Notes: generated by a model from the sequence alone, not told the origin. Positions 29,415 through 39,676 are shown, numbered from the stretch's first letter. The stretch: DNA of 64,000 bases from Nostoc sp. (GCF_036917975.1 NZ_JBALEJ010000001.1:2560-66559); one strand, 5' to 3'. Numbers and translations are program-made.

Positions 29415-30416
29415 ATGTCAAGTTTATTATATTTTGTAACTGGTTTTCTTCTGCTTTTAGTAATTGGAATTGCGGCTTATTTCCTAACTGCCCGCAAGTA
29501 TCAATCCTCATCCACAGTCGCCAATTCCTACGATCAATGGACTCTTGACGGCATCGTAGAGTTTTATTGGGGAGAACACATTCACCTTGGTCATTACGGT
29601 TCGCCGCCACGAAGTAAGGATTTTTTGGCTGCTAAATCTGATTTTGTACATGAAATGGTTAAATGGGGTGGAATAGAAAAATTACCTTCTGGTACTACCG
29701 TCTTAGATGTTGGCTGTGGGATTGGGGGTAGTAGCCGGATTTTAGCGCGAGATTATGGGTTTGCTGTCACAGGGATTACCATCAGCCCACAACAAGTGAA
29801 CCGCGCTCAGGAATTAACACCCCAAGGACTAAACGCCCAGTTTGCGGTTGATGATGCAATGGCATTGTCGTTTCCAGATGCCAGTTTTGATGTGGTCTGG
29901 TCGATTGAAGCAGGCCCCCACATGCCTGATAAAGCCGTTTTTGCTAGAGAATTAATGCGGGTGCTAAAGCCTGGTGGGGTGTTAATTGTAGCTGACTGGA
30001 ATCAGAGGGATGACCGCCAAAAGCCGCTAAATTTCTGGGAGAAACCAGTAATGCGGCAACTCCTCGATCAGTGGTCTCATCCAGCTTTTTCCAGCATTGA
30101 AGGCTTTTCTGAGCTTTTAGCAGAGACTTCCTTAGTTGAGGGGGAGGTAATTACGGCAGACTGGACGCAAGAAACCCTTCCTTCTTGGTTCGATTCGATT
30201 TGGCAAGGAGTGGCTCGACCAGAGGGATTAGTGCGTTTTGGGCTGTCTGGTTTCATCAAGTCTGTGCGCGAGGTACCGACGCTTTTACTGATGCGTTTGG
30301 CGTTTGGTGCAGGGTTGTGTCGATTTGGAATGTTTCGGGCTGTGCGGGCAAACTCACGCACAGAATTGATGGATAGAAACTTTGCTAACCAAAATCCCTC
30401 AAGCTTGGTTAGGTAG
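29415..30416 (+). CDS. SAM-dependent methyltransferase, Sll0418-type MPBQ/MSBQ (tocopherol/plastoquinone) methyltransferase
   Basis: N-terminal TM helix, YDQWTLDGIVEFYWGEHIHLGHYG, VLDVGCGIGGSSR. Close to my recollection of Synechocystis Sll0418. Confidence 0.75.
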   Translation: MSSLLYFVTGFLLLLVIGIAAYFLTARKYQSSSTVANSYDQWTLDGIVEFYWGEHIHLGHYGSPPRSKDFLAAKSDFVHEMVKWGGIEKLPSGTTVLDVGCGIGGSSRILARDYGFAVTGITISPQQVNRAQELTPQGLNAQFAVDDAMALSFPDASFDVVWSIEAGPHMPDKAVFARELMRVLKPGGVLIVADWNQRDDRQKPLNFWEKPVMRQLLDQWSHPAFSSIEGFSELLAETSLVEGEVITADWTQETLPSWFDSIWQGVARPEGLVRFGLSGFIKSVREVPTLLLMRLAFGAGLCRFGMFRAVRANSRTELMDRNFANQNPSSLVR

Positions 30417-30705
30417 CGATCGAAATGAAATTCAACAGGGTTATTTGCATCTATGTTCAAGAGTTAGTCTTTGACACTCCCCAGCCATAAATGGTGGGGA
30501 TTCCAGCGTCACCGACGTTCCTTGCTTTTACAGGTCTTACGACCAATAGAAGTAGAGGAAACATCAACAACGAAGTGGGATTACCCTGTTCTACAAGCTC
30601 TGGTATTTTATAAGCGATCGCTGAACTTAAACAAAATTCATTTACGGCAACGGACGCGGCGGAACAAGTACCTTCATGAGAGCTAGAAGTGGTGTGAGGT
30701 TCAAG

Positions 30706-31518
30706 TTATGTTTCTAGCTTCCGGCCAACCATATACCACAAACCTACGGCATAGCGAATGTAATTGAGTTCTGTAAAACCTGCTTTGGCGAACTCGTACT
30801 CGAAGTTAAAATGGATAAAGTCATCTAACCACGGTTCTTGAAAAGAAGCGTTCAGGGCGTATTCACCACGATAGGTGTCAGCGTATAGTACCCAACCTCC
30901 GGGTTTGGTGATCCGGTACATCTCTTTCAGAATCTTAGGTATCCATTCTTTAGGTGTTTCGTGCAAGAGTAGTGACGATGTAACAAGAGCGAAGGAGTTC
31001 TCAGGGTAGCCTGTGTGACGGGCATCCACCTGCTCAAACAAAGCCCGTTCACTAAATCCAACCTTGTTAAACTTGTGCTTACTGATCACCAGCATATAAG
31101 GCGAAACATCAGTAATCCGAAAAGTGGACTGTGGAAACCGCCGTGCCAAGGCCAACGCTCCATCACCCGTACCTGCACCAAGCTCTAGCACCGTCTCAAC
31201 AGAAGTGTCTTCAGGAATTAGCTCGGCCATTTTCTCGCGCAACTGCTGGCAACTAACATTGTGGCTGAGGGGAATTATCGCATCCATAGCAGCATCCCAG
31301 GCTAAACACGATTGAGGGTTGGTATAGGCATCAGTTACACCATGAATGGGAGCGTGGATGTAGTCAGGGTAATATTCATGGTCAGTATGGTAGCCTTTGA
31401 GTTCCTCTACCCAATTAATTGAGGCATATTCCTGCATTACTAAGGGCATCGCTGCGGTAATACGTCGAATCACTTCGGTTCGATACACTTGTTTGTCCTG
31501 TGCGTTCCATCTCGGCAT
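30706..31518 (-). CDS. Class I SAM-dependent methyltransferase
   Basis: VLELGAGTGDGALALA motif I, preceded by a ~100-aa N-terminal region of unknown function. Confidence 0.8.
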   Translation of the reverse strand: MPRWNAQDKQVYRTEVIRRITAAMPLVMQEYASINWVEELKGYHTDHEYYPDYIHAPIHGVTDAYTNPQSCLAWDAAMDAIIPLSHNVSCQQLREKMAELIPEDTSVETVLELGAGTGDGALALARRFPQSTFRITDVSPYMLVISKHKFNKVGFSERALFEQVDARHTGYPENSFALVTSSLLLHETPKEWIPKILKEMYRITKPGGWVLYADTYRGEYALNASFQEPWLDDFIHFNFEYEFAKAGFTELNYIRYAVGLWYMVGRKLET

Positions 31519-31838
31519 AAATAAACTCCTACTTACAATCTCAATACTTGTCGGGTTTTGGGGAAAAGGGGAAGGGGGAAGGGGGAAAAAAAACCTTTAA
31601 CCCAAACCCAGTAACCTTTTCCCCAAATCAAATTCCGATCCTTAATTAAAAATAGCCCCAAAAGCCCGTTTTGCTGAAACTTTTAAGAATTCAAATTTAT
31701 TCCCTGGCGGGCATGGAAGCCAACAGATAAGCTATTTCCAGCTGAAGTTGACACCAATGTACCCTGCGGGAAGGACGCTCCTAACGTCGCTCTAAGCGAA
31801 GCCATGCCGTTGGCGGAGCCTCTCGTAGAGAAGGCTTT

Positions 31839-31942
31839 ATACCATTTCACGAAAATCCTGATACATATACATTTATCGTAGGGGCATGGCATTGCCATGC
31901 CCTTACCAGCGTATTTGTATCATTATTAAAGTGAAATGGTAT
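31839..31942. repeat. Palindromic repeat unit (GTAGGGGCATGGCA/TGCCATGCCC core)
   Basis: Outer arms ataccatttcac / gtgaaatggtat; core palindrome at 31878-31906. It lies in a larger repeat-rich tract (~31690-32060). Confidence 0.75.
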
Positions 31943-32495
31943 TACGCTGCGCTAACAGCAGTCGCTCATGGGGGAAACCCCCTACAGCCCTTCGGGCATC
32001 CTACGGCAGGCGCTAGCCTCTCCCTTTGGGAGAAGACCACGCTGCTTCACCAGGCGATCGCAGATAATTTAAGTTTTCTGAAATCAAAAATATCTATTTT
32101 TTATTTTAATAAAACTCATAATTCTCTTGATAAAAACAATAAAAAAGTAGCTTTATTTTTTTGCGATCGCTACTCAATCTAGAATTATTTTTAACTTCAC
32201 TTTCAGTAAGCTCATACAAATAAAATCTAACTAAAGAGGGTTGTAATTTATCATTGGGAATAGGCTAAGAAGTCTTTAACTAATATAGTTATGTTTATTT
32301 GTACTGACTTACTTGTTGGCTTATAGTCTAATTATTCAAGAAATATTAAAGCAGTCAAATATTCTAGGCTACTACACTAACTCGATAAAGTTTTAGTATT
32401 ATCAGAAAAACTAATTACGGAAAAAGAAGTATTGCCATTAAACAGTAAATCTGTCATATTTAAGAATCTAATTTAAAACCAAAAGCATTTACATT

Positions 32496-33470
32496 ATGTT
32501 AGCGACATCTATAAAAATTCTTAATGAGCATTATCAATCTCTCAACAACGAGGGTATAGATGTCATTCAAGGATTAACTCGAAGTGCAAAAACCTTACCT
32601 CCAAAATATTTTTACGACGATCGTGGCTCAGAATTATTTGAGCAAATATGTGAATTACCAGAATATTATCCAACACGAACAGAAGCATGGATTTTATGTC
32701 AATATGCTGATGAGATTGCTCAGATTACAGGTGCTTGTGAACTTGTGGAATTAGGTAGTGGTAGTTCTACAAAAACAGAGTTTTTGTTAGATGCTTATCA
32801 AAAGTTTGCTAGTTATTGTAGATATATACCCATTGATGTTAGTCGGGGAATCCTTAAATCTAGTGTAATCAAGCTACAGCAAAAATATCCGACTTTCTTT
32901 ATTGAGGGATTAATAGGAACCTATGAACAAGCACTCATAAAACTAGAATCTACTTTTGCAGCATCACGGCTAATTTTTTTCTTGGGTAGTTCTCTTGGTA
33001 ACTTTAATCCACGAGAATGTGATGATTTTTTAAAACAAATTACTAAGACTTTACAGGTAGGTGACTACTTTCTTTTGGGGATTGATTTACAAAAACCCAA
33101 GGAAATTTTGGAGCCAGCCTATAACGATAGTCAGGGAGTAACAGCAGCTTTTAACATAAATATACTCTCTCACTTAAATTGGCGTTTTCAAGGCAATTTT
33201 GACCTCAATTTATTCACTCATCAAGCTATTTACAATGAGACTGATGCTCAAATTGAGATGTATCTGCATTGCCAAAAGAGTCACAAGGTATCTTTAGAAG
33301 CATTAGATTTACAAGTTTTGTTTGCAGATGGAGAAAGTATTCTTACTGAAATTTCTCGTAAGTTTGATTTAGTCATGATGCAAAAGCAGCTAGAAATACA
33401 CGGACTTAAAACACTTAAGACTTGGACAGATCCCAAGCATTTATTTGGGTTAATTCTTTGTCAAGCTTAA
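32496..33470 (+). CDS. egtD: L-histidine N-alpha-methyltransferase (ergothioneine biosynthesis)
   Basis: LPPKYFYDDRGSELFEQICELPEYYPTRTE and VELGSGSSTKT are typical of EgtD. Confidence 0.85.
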   Translation: MLATSIKILNEHYQSLNNEGIDVIQGLTRSAKTLPPKYFYDDRGSELFEQICELPEYYPTRTEAWILCQYADEIAQITGACELVELGSGSSTKTEFLLDAYQKFASYCRYIPIDVSRGILKSSVIKLQQKYPTFFIEGLIGTYEQALIKLESTFAASRLIFFLGSSLGNFNPRECDDFLKQITKTLQVGDYFLLGIDLQKPKEILEPAYNDSQGVTAAFNINILSHLNWRFQGNFDLNLFTHQAIYNETDAQIEMYLHCQKSHKVSLEALDLQVLFADGESILTEISRKFDLVMMQKQLEIHGLKTLKTWTDPKHLFGLILCQA

Positions 33471-33665
33471 ATTTTATATCATGCTCAGTTGAACAATTTT
33501 AATTGCGTTCACAATAACATATCTTCAAAATTTAATTTTCTAGATATATCTGTTAACTACATCAGCAATTATTGAGGAACGTGGATTAAATAAGATGCAA
33601 AACCTCATCCTGTCTCTAGCTTCCCTCTCCTTTATAAGGAGAGGGATTGAGGGTGAGGTAAACCA

Positions 33666-33786
33666 CAATACGCTTGGGTAAGCTACTAGCAACAATTTTG
33701 GGTTTTCTAGACGCGATAAATCGCCGTCTCTACAAGCGATAAATTGCCGTCTCTACAAGTGTTTTGGGCTTACTAAACTGTATTGA
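33666..33786. mobile_element. MITE-like element, same family as 5022-5126 (duplicated core)
   Basis: caatacgcttggg ... agacgcgataaatcgccgtctctacaagcgataaattgccgtctctaca ... ctaaactgtattg, between egtD and egtB. Confidence 0.7.
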
Positions 33787-33851
33787 GGTAAACCAGGGAT
33801 ATCAATTTTATTCATCCTGTACATTTTCTAAATATCAATTTAATTGACACC

Positions 33852-35177
33852 ATGAACAGTTTTCAATCTACTTATCCGCCTAAACTTGATAGTTGCAATT
33901 CTCAAGTAATTCTAGATTACTTTAAGAATGCTTGGCACATGGAAGAGATGTTATTGAAAAGTCTGGTTGGGGAAGAGACATTCTATATAAATCCAGACCC
34001 TTTGAGAAATCCTCTAATTTTTTATCTGGGGCATTCGGCTGTTTTCTACATCAATAAATTAATTCAGGTAGGATTATTAGAAAAACGCCTCAATCCAGAG
34101 TATGAAATCCTGTTTGAAATTGGAGTCGATCCAGAAATTCCAGAGGAGTTGAATGAAGCGATCGCTCATTTGCAATGGCCGCAAGTTGCAGAGACTTGGG
34201 AATATCGAGAACAAGCATATACTGTAATTTCCGAACTAATTAAGACAACCCCAATTACTCTACCAATTCATCCCACTCATCCCCTTTGGGCTTTAATAAT
34301 GGGGATTGAACACCAGCGTATTCATATTGAAACCTCTTCGATGTTAATTCGCCAACTACCGATTGAGAGAGTAAAACGTCCCCAAAATTGGCAATATGCC
34401 CCTTTTAATGGTTACACTCCCCAGAACGAAATGATAGAAGTTACTGGTGGAGTAGTAAAACTCGGTAAAGCCTTTGACGATTCAACTTATGGATGGGATA
34501 TTGATTATGGCGATCGCACTGTTAAAGTTGCACCTTTTTTCGCCAGTAAATATCTGATTACTAACGCCGAATTTATCTATTTTATCAAGGCTAGTGGCTA
34601 CGAAAATCAAGACTATTGGGATGAAGAATCTTGGAATTGGAAAAATCGATACAATATTCAGTGTCCCAAGTTTTGGTTACATGAAAACGGTAGCTACAAG
34701 TATCGAGCTATGTTTGATGAAATAAATTTACCCTTAGATTGGCCTGTAGAAGTCAACCATTATGAAGCAATGGCTTATTGTCGCTGGCAAGGGAAAGATA
34801 CTCGCTTAATGAGTGAAGCAGAATATCATTTAGCAACTTACAGTAATAGCTTATTAGATAATGTAGAAAATTACAATCTCAATTTAAAATTTGGCTCACC
34901 TAGCCCTGTCGGAATGTTAGAAAGTACAAAAAGTAACTCTGGATTATACGATTTACGGGGTAATGTTTGGGAATGGTTGAGTGATAACTTAAATCCACTT
35001 ACAGGATATCAACCTCATTTTCTTTATCAAGATAATTCTGCCATCTTTTTTGACGATCAACATCAGATGATGTTAGGAGGATGTTGGATAACTAATGGTA
35101 CAGAAGCTTTAAAATATTACCGCAACTGGTTCCGTCCCAATTTTTATCAGCACGCTGGTTTTCGGATTGTTCGCTAG
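33852..35177 (+). CDS. egtB: Sulfoxide synthase of the OvoA-N-terminal type (DinB_2 + FGE-sulfatase), acting as EgtB
   Basis: RNPLIFYLGHSAVFYINKL and iron-binding HQRIHIE (HxxxHxE). It lacks the OvoA C-terminal methyltransferase domain and is adjacent to egtD. Confidence 0.8.
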   Translation: MNSFQSTYPPKLDSCNSQVILDYFKNAWHMEEMLLKSLVGEETFYINPDPLRNPLIFYLGHSAVFYINKLIQVGLLEKRLNPEYEILFEIGVDPEIPEELNEAIAHLQWPQVAETWEYREQAYTVISELIKTTPITLPIHPTHPLWALIMGIEHQRIHIETSSMLIRQLPIERVKRPQNWQYAPFNGYTPQNEMIEVTGGVVKLGKAFDDSTYGWDIDYGDRTVKVAPFFASKYLITNAEFIYFIKASGYENQDYWDEESWNWKNRYNIQCPKFWLHENGSYKYRAMFDEINLPLDWPVEVNHYEAMAYCRWQGKDTRLMSEAEYHLATYSNSLLDNVENYNLNLKFGSPSPVGMLESTKSNSGLYDLRGNVWEWLSDNLNPLTGYQPHFLYQDNSAIFFDDQHQMMLGGCWITNGTEALKYYRNWFRPNFYQHAGFRIVR

Positions 35178-35377
35178 ATCCCCGACTTCTTTAGAGACCT
35201 CCACAAAAAGAAATGCCCAATTGTCATTGCGAATGGAGCGTTCGCGGTAGCGTCTCGTAGAGAAGCGAAATGAAGCAACCGCAAAATCTTGGGATTGCTT
35301 TGCTACACTCCGTTTCGCTCGCAATGACAGCTTTTGGATCAATCATTCTGTGGAGTTATCTTAAGAAGTCGGGGATC
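35177..35377. mobile_element. MITE with ~29-bp TIRs of the GATCCCCGACTTCTT family; carries a nested second MITE
   Basis: Left end gatccccgacttctttagagacctccaca, right end tgtggagttatcttaagaagtcggggatc. The left end overlaps the last base of the egtB stop codon. Confidence 0.8.
35223..35338. mobile_element. Nested MITE (GTCATTGCGA TIR family)
   Basis: gtcattgcgaatgg ... tttcgctcgcaatgac; related copy at 63886-63982. Confidence 0.75.
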
Positions 35378-35651
35378 TAAACACCACTAACCTCTCAAAA
35401 CTTTTGGGACATACTACTAGTACAACACGGCGTAAATAAACCACCCATTTAAAATAGTCAGAAAGCTTACAAAATAAGCATTCTTTCTTTTTACTTTTGC
35501 CTTTTTACTTTTGCCTTATTGTACTAGTGTTCCACAAGCAAGTGAAGGATCAGTCTTCTATCTTACTTGCACCTGAAATCAGTAACACAGTTACAATTCT
35601 GAGATTGGGCTGGAGAATATCTAATTCTCTAGCCAATCCAAATCAGAAATT

Positions 35652-38600
35652 ATGCAATCACCAAATCCAATCTCGCTCTCCTCGCTCACGTCTATATTGA
35701 CGGCTTTAGAAGTGTGCAGTGATGAATCAGTGTATGCTCCCGGTTATATTCAGCCACATGGAATGTTGCTGATGCTGCAAGAGCCACAGCTAACAATCTT
35801 GCAGATTAGTGAAAATGTGGAACAGTTTTTTGGGATTTCGGCAGAAGCCTTGCTGGGTCAACCCTTACAACGGTTGTTTTCCCGCCCTCAAGTGCAGCGA
35901 CTTGCTGGCTATCTGGCTGAAGATAACCTGGAGTTTTGCAATCCGTTTGAGCTAAAAACGCGGCGAGTTGCCCAGACTGATGGGCAACGGAAAAGTCAGA
36001 CCTTCACAGGTGTGATGTACCGGATAGTAGATGGGTTGATCGTAGAACTAGAACCTGTGCGATCGCTCAAAAGCATCTCTTCAATCCAATTCTATCATCG
36101 CCTGCAAGGGGCGATCGCCAATTTCCGTAATGCCACTAGCCTGACGAATCTGGCTCAAACCCTTGCCAGAGAGGTGAAAGCAATGATTGGGTTTGATCGG
36201 GTTATGATCTACCGCTTTCAGGCAGACGACAGTGGCGTGGTGATTGCGGAGGAGAAACAGAGCCATCTAGAAAGCTACTTGGGATTGCACTATTTGGCAA
36301 TAGACATTCCCGCGCCAGCCCGCAAGTTGTTTTGCCGCAAGTGGGTGCGATTCATTCCCGATATCAATTACATCCCTGTCTTCCTGATTCCCGCTAACCA
36401 TCCTCTGACGGATACACCCCTTGATCTGAGTGATTCTATGTTACGAGGAGTGTCTCACTTTCACATTGAATACCTACAGAATATGGGGGTTGCTGGGTCA
36501 ATGTCGATTTCGTTGCTCAACGACAAACGCCTCTGGGGATTAATTACCTGTCATCACTACAGCCCGAAACTAGTGGATTATGAAACTCGCAAAGCCTGTG
36601 AATTTTTAGGACAGTTTGCCTCAATTGAACTGGTGCATCAGCAAGAACGAGAATTGGATGTTTACCGAACGCAAGTGAAAGGGATTCAGGATGAACTGCA
36701 ACAGACGTTATTGCAGGAGTCCAATTTCATTGAGCAAGTGTTGATCCGAAATACTTCTCAATTGCTTTCTCTAGTTCATGCCCAAGGAGCCGCGATTTTG
36801 CTTGATGGTCATCTGACATTAGTTGGTCAAACGCCATCGGCTACCCAGGTGCAGGAGCTTGTTACCTGGTTGGTGCAACGCAAGGGGGAACAAGTGTTTG
36901 CTACCGATTTCCTCTCACATTTATATCCAGAAGCGGAGGCATTTAAAGATCAAGCTAGCGGCATCCTGGCAATTTCAATTTTATTCAACCATGCCAAACA
37001 AAAGTCTTACCACATTATCTGGTTTCGACCGGAGCAAATCCAGACGGTGAATTGGGCAGGCAATCCCCAGGATACGATAACAATCAACGAAATTGGAGAG
37101 ATGCAATTGTCTCCCCGGAAGTCCTTTGCAATGTGGAAGGAAACCGTGCGGGAAACTTCCTTGCCTTGGGAGGTTGCGGAAGTGGAAGCCGCTACTGAGA
37201 TGCGAAATACGCTGATGTTGGCAGTGCTGGAGTTTTCCCAGATTGCCCTAGAACAAGCCGCAGAACAAGCGGCGATCGCTAACTGTGCCAAAAGCCAGTT
37301 CCTCGCTAAAATGAGCCACGAACTACGGACTCCCCTGAATGCCATTTTGGGATTTACTCAGTTGATGAACCGCAACGACAAAATTTCATCTGAGTTTCAA
37401 GAAGATTTAGGCATCATCAGCCGCAGTGGAGAATACTTGCTAACTCTGATCAACGATGTGTTGGAAATGTCCAAAATTGAAGCGGGTCAGTTACACCTAA
37501 CAGAAAACTCTTTCGATTTGCATCAGCTAATCCACTCCATCACAGATATGGTTGCCCTGCAAGCTTTAGAGAAAAAAATTGATCTGATCGCACAACAGCA
37601 TCCCAGCGTTCCTCGCTATGTGTATGGTGACGAATCAAAACTGCGCCAAATTATCCTCAACCTCTTAAGCAATGCGATCAAATTTACGACAACAGGCAGT
37701 GTCACCATGCGATTACAAGCTTTGAATGGGAGAGTTGATTCAATTTCTACCGATGATTCCAAATCAATCATCACCCTTCATCTGGAAGTTGAAGACACTG
37801 GATGTGGTATCGCTCAGTCAGATATCGAGGCTGTGTTTCAAGCCTTCACGCAAACAGAATCAGGTCGGCAGGCTAAAGGTACAGGCTTAGGCTTATCGAT
37901 TAGTCGTCAGTTTGCCCGTTTAATGGGTGGTGATATTACAGCGCGAAGCATCCTGAATCATCAGTCAACCTTCATTTGTGAGGTTTTACTGACTCTGGTA
38001 AACTCAGTGGATGTCATAGTGCCGGAAACAACTGGCGCTGTTATTGGTCTGGAACCGGGACAGCCCAGTTATCGGATTCTGGTGGCGGAAGACGTTAAAG
38101 AAAATCGTCTGTTGCTCGTCAGGCTATTAGAATTAGTTGGGTTTGAGGTCTGTGCAGTCGAGAACGGAAAGGAGGCGATCGCTCTCTGGTCAGAATGGCA
38201 TCCCCACCTGATTTTAATGGATATTCAAATGCCTGTGATGGATGGCTACGAAAGTACCCAGCAAATTCGCGGGATGGAGGGAGGTAAAGAGGTGGTGATT
38301 ATTGCGGTGACAGCATACGCCTTTGAGGAAGACTACACCACCAGCATTCAAGCAGGCTGCAACGACCACATCACCAAACCATTTATAGAAACTATCCTAT
38401 TTGATAAGATTGCCCACTATTTGGGAGTCCGCTACCGCTACCGCGAAGAAGTTTTACCAGGGTTAGACCAGCAAACCTTACTTCATAAATCCCTAACTGC
38501 CAAAGATTTACAGGTAATGTCGCCAGAGTGGATTATTCAGACACATCAAGCAGCCCTGGATCTCAACGATGCCAAACTCTATAATCTCATCGCCCAAATC

Positions 38601-38717
38601 CCCAACCAGGAGCAAGTTCTTGCCAATGCTCTGAAATATTTGGTGGATAATTTCGAGTTGGAGGCGATCGCAACTCTTACCCAAACTCAGGGAAGCGTTA
38701 ATTTAGAATCATCCTAA
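35652..38717 (+). CDS. Bacteriophytochrome-type photoreceptor hybrid histidine kinase (PAS-GAF-PHY-HisKA-HATPase-REC-tail)
   Basis: N-terminal Cys22 before YAPGYIQPHG; DIP motif (LAIDIPAPARKLF); no GAF cysteine (SHFHIEYL); PRKSF; SHELRTPLNAILGF; VEDTGCGI; REC DIQMPVMDG. Confidence 0.9.
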   Translation: MQSPNPISLSSLTSILTALEVCSDESVYAPGYIQPHGMLLMLQEPQLTILQISENVEQFFGISAEALLGQPLQRLFSRPQVQRLAGYLAEDNLEFCNPFELKTRRVAQTDGQRKSQTFTGVMYRIVDGLIVELEPVRSLKSISSIQFYHRLQGAIANFRNATSLTNLAQTLAREVKAMIGFDRVMIYRFQADDSGVVIAEEKQSHLESYLGLHYLAIDIPAPARKLFCRKWVRFIPDINYIPVFLIPANHPLTDTPLDLSDSMLRGVSHFHIEYLQNMGVAGSMSISLLNDKRLWGLITCHHYSPKLVDYETRKACEFLGQFASIELVHQQERELDVYRTQVKGIQDELQQTLLQESNFIEQVLIRNTSQLLSLVHAQGAAILLDGHLTLVGQTPSATQVQELVTWLVQRKGEQVFATDFLSHLYPEAEAFKDQASGILAISILFNHAKQKSYHIIWFRPEQIQTVNWAGNPQDTITINEIGEMQLSPRKSFAMWKETVRETSLPWEVAEVEAATEMRNTLMLAVLEFSQIALEQAAEQAAIANCAKSQFLAKMSHELRTPLNAILGFTQLMNRNDKISSEFQEDLGIISRSGEYLLTLINDVLEMSKIEAGQLHLTENSFDLHQLIHSITDMVALQALEKKIDLIAQQHPSVPRYVYGDESKLRQIILNLLSNAIKFTTTGSVTMRLQALNGRVDSISTDDSKSIITLHLEVEDTGCGIAQSDIEAVFQAFTQTESGRQAKGTGLGLSISRQFARLMGGDITARSILNHQSTFICEVLLTLVNSVDVIVPETTGAVIGLEPGQPSYRILVAEDVKENRLLLVRLLELVGFEVCAVENGKEAIALWSEWHPHLILMDIQMPVMDGYESTQQIRGMEGGKEVVIIAVTAYAFEEDYTTSIQAGCNDHITKPFIETILFDKIAHYLGVRYRYREEVLPGLDQQTLLHKSLTAKDLQVMSPEWIIQTHQAALDLNDAKLYNLIAQIPNQEQVLANALKYLVDNFELEAIATLTQTQGSVNLESS

Positions 38718-38742
38718 TTCCTCATTTCAGGGTAGTAAAACT

Positions 38743-39531
38743 ATGAATTCTCCATTTCCCGGAATGAATCCTTATTTAGAAAATCCTGTGTTTTGGTCAG
38801 AAGTACATCATCGATTGATCACAGCGATCGCAGATACTATTGAGCAAAATATTCCCCCACAGTATCGAGTTGCAATTGAACAACGTACTTATTTAAGTGA
38901 TGACTCCGATTCTGTATTAGTTGGTATACCTGATGTTTCAGTTTTTTCTCAACAAAAATTACCGCAACAATACTCATCAACTGCTATCCACAAAGAAACA
39001 TCAGAAGGCATCACGGTGATGATACCCTTACCTGAAAATATTACGGAAAATTACTTAGAAATTCGAGAAGTTTCTACAGGTTTTGTGGTGACATCTATCG
39101 AAATTTTATCGCCTAAAAATAAACGGGCAGGCGAAGGGAGAAAAGCATATAAACTGAAACGCAAACAAGTTTTAGCTAGTCTTTCTCACTTAGTCGAAAT
39201 TGATTTACTCAGAACTGGAAAACCCATGTTAATTTTAGGGGAAATTCCTGTAACTAATTATCAAATTATTGTTAGCAGAAGTGAAACACGTCCTCAAGCG
39301 AAATTATACGGATTTAACATCAGAGAAACGATTCCCGTATTTCCATTACCTTTACAGTCAGAAGATATAGAACCGATTGTAGATTTGCAATCTTTATTGC
39401 ATGGCATATACAATCGTGCCAGATATTACTTAGCAATCGATTATAATCAAGAAGCAGTACCACCTCTAAAATCGGAAGATGCTGTATGGTCTGATACCCT
39501 TTTACGCAAACAAGGGTTAAAAAATAATTAG
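38743..39531 (+). CDS. DUF4058-family protein
   Basis: MNSPFPGMNPYLENPVFWSEVHHRLI N-terminus typical of DUF4058. Only 25 nt downstream of the phytochrome gene. Confidence 0.8.
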   Translation: MNSPFPGMNPYLENPVFWSEVHHRLITAIADTIEQNIPPQYRVAIEQRTYLSDDSDSVLVGIPDVSVFSQQKLPQQYSSTAIHKETSEGITVMIPLPENITENYLEIREVSTGFVVTSIEILSPKNKRAGEGRKAYKLKRKQVLASLSHLVEIDLLRTGKPMLILGEIPVTNYQIIVSRSETRPQAKLYGFNIRETIPVFPLPLQSEDIEPIVDLQSLLHGIYNRARYYLAIDYNQEAVPPLKSEDAVWSDTLLRKQGLKNN

Positions 39532-39638
39532 TTTTTACCCTAAATTAAAAGGTTTAAGAACCTGCAATCTACATATATATAGCACCCATTTCATTCGGAG
39601 TTTAAATCCCCCGTTAGCGTTATCCACGGAGGAGGGTC

Positions 39639-39676
39639 ATTTTGAATTTTGAATTTTGAATTTTGAATTTTGAATT
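39639..39676. repeat. STRR array (TTTTGAA) x5
   Basis: Read directly, 22 nt upstream of the REC-GGDEF start codon. Confidence 0.9.
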
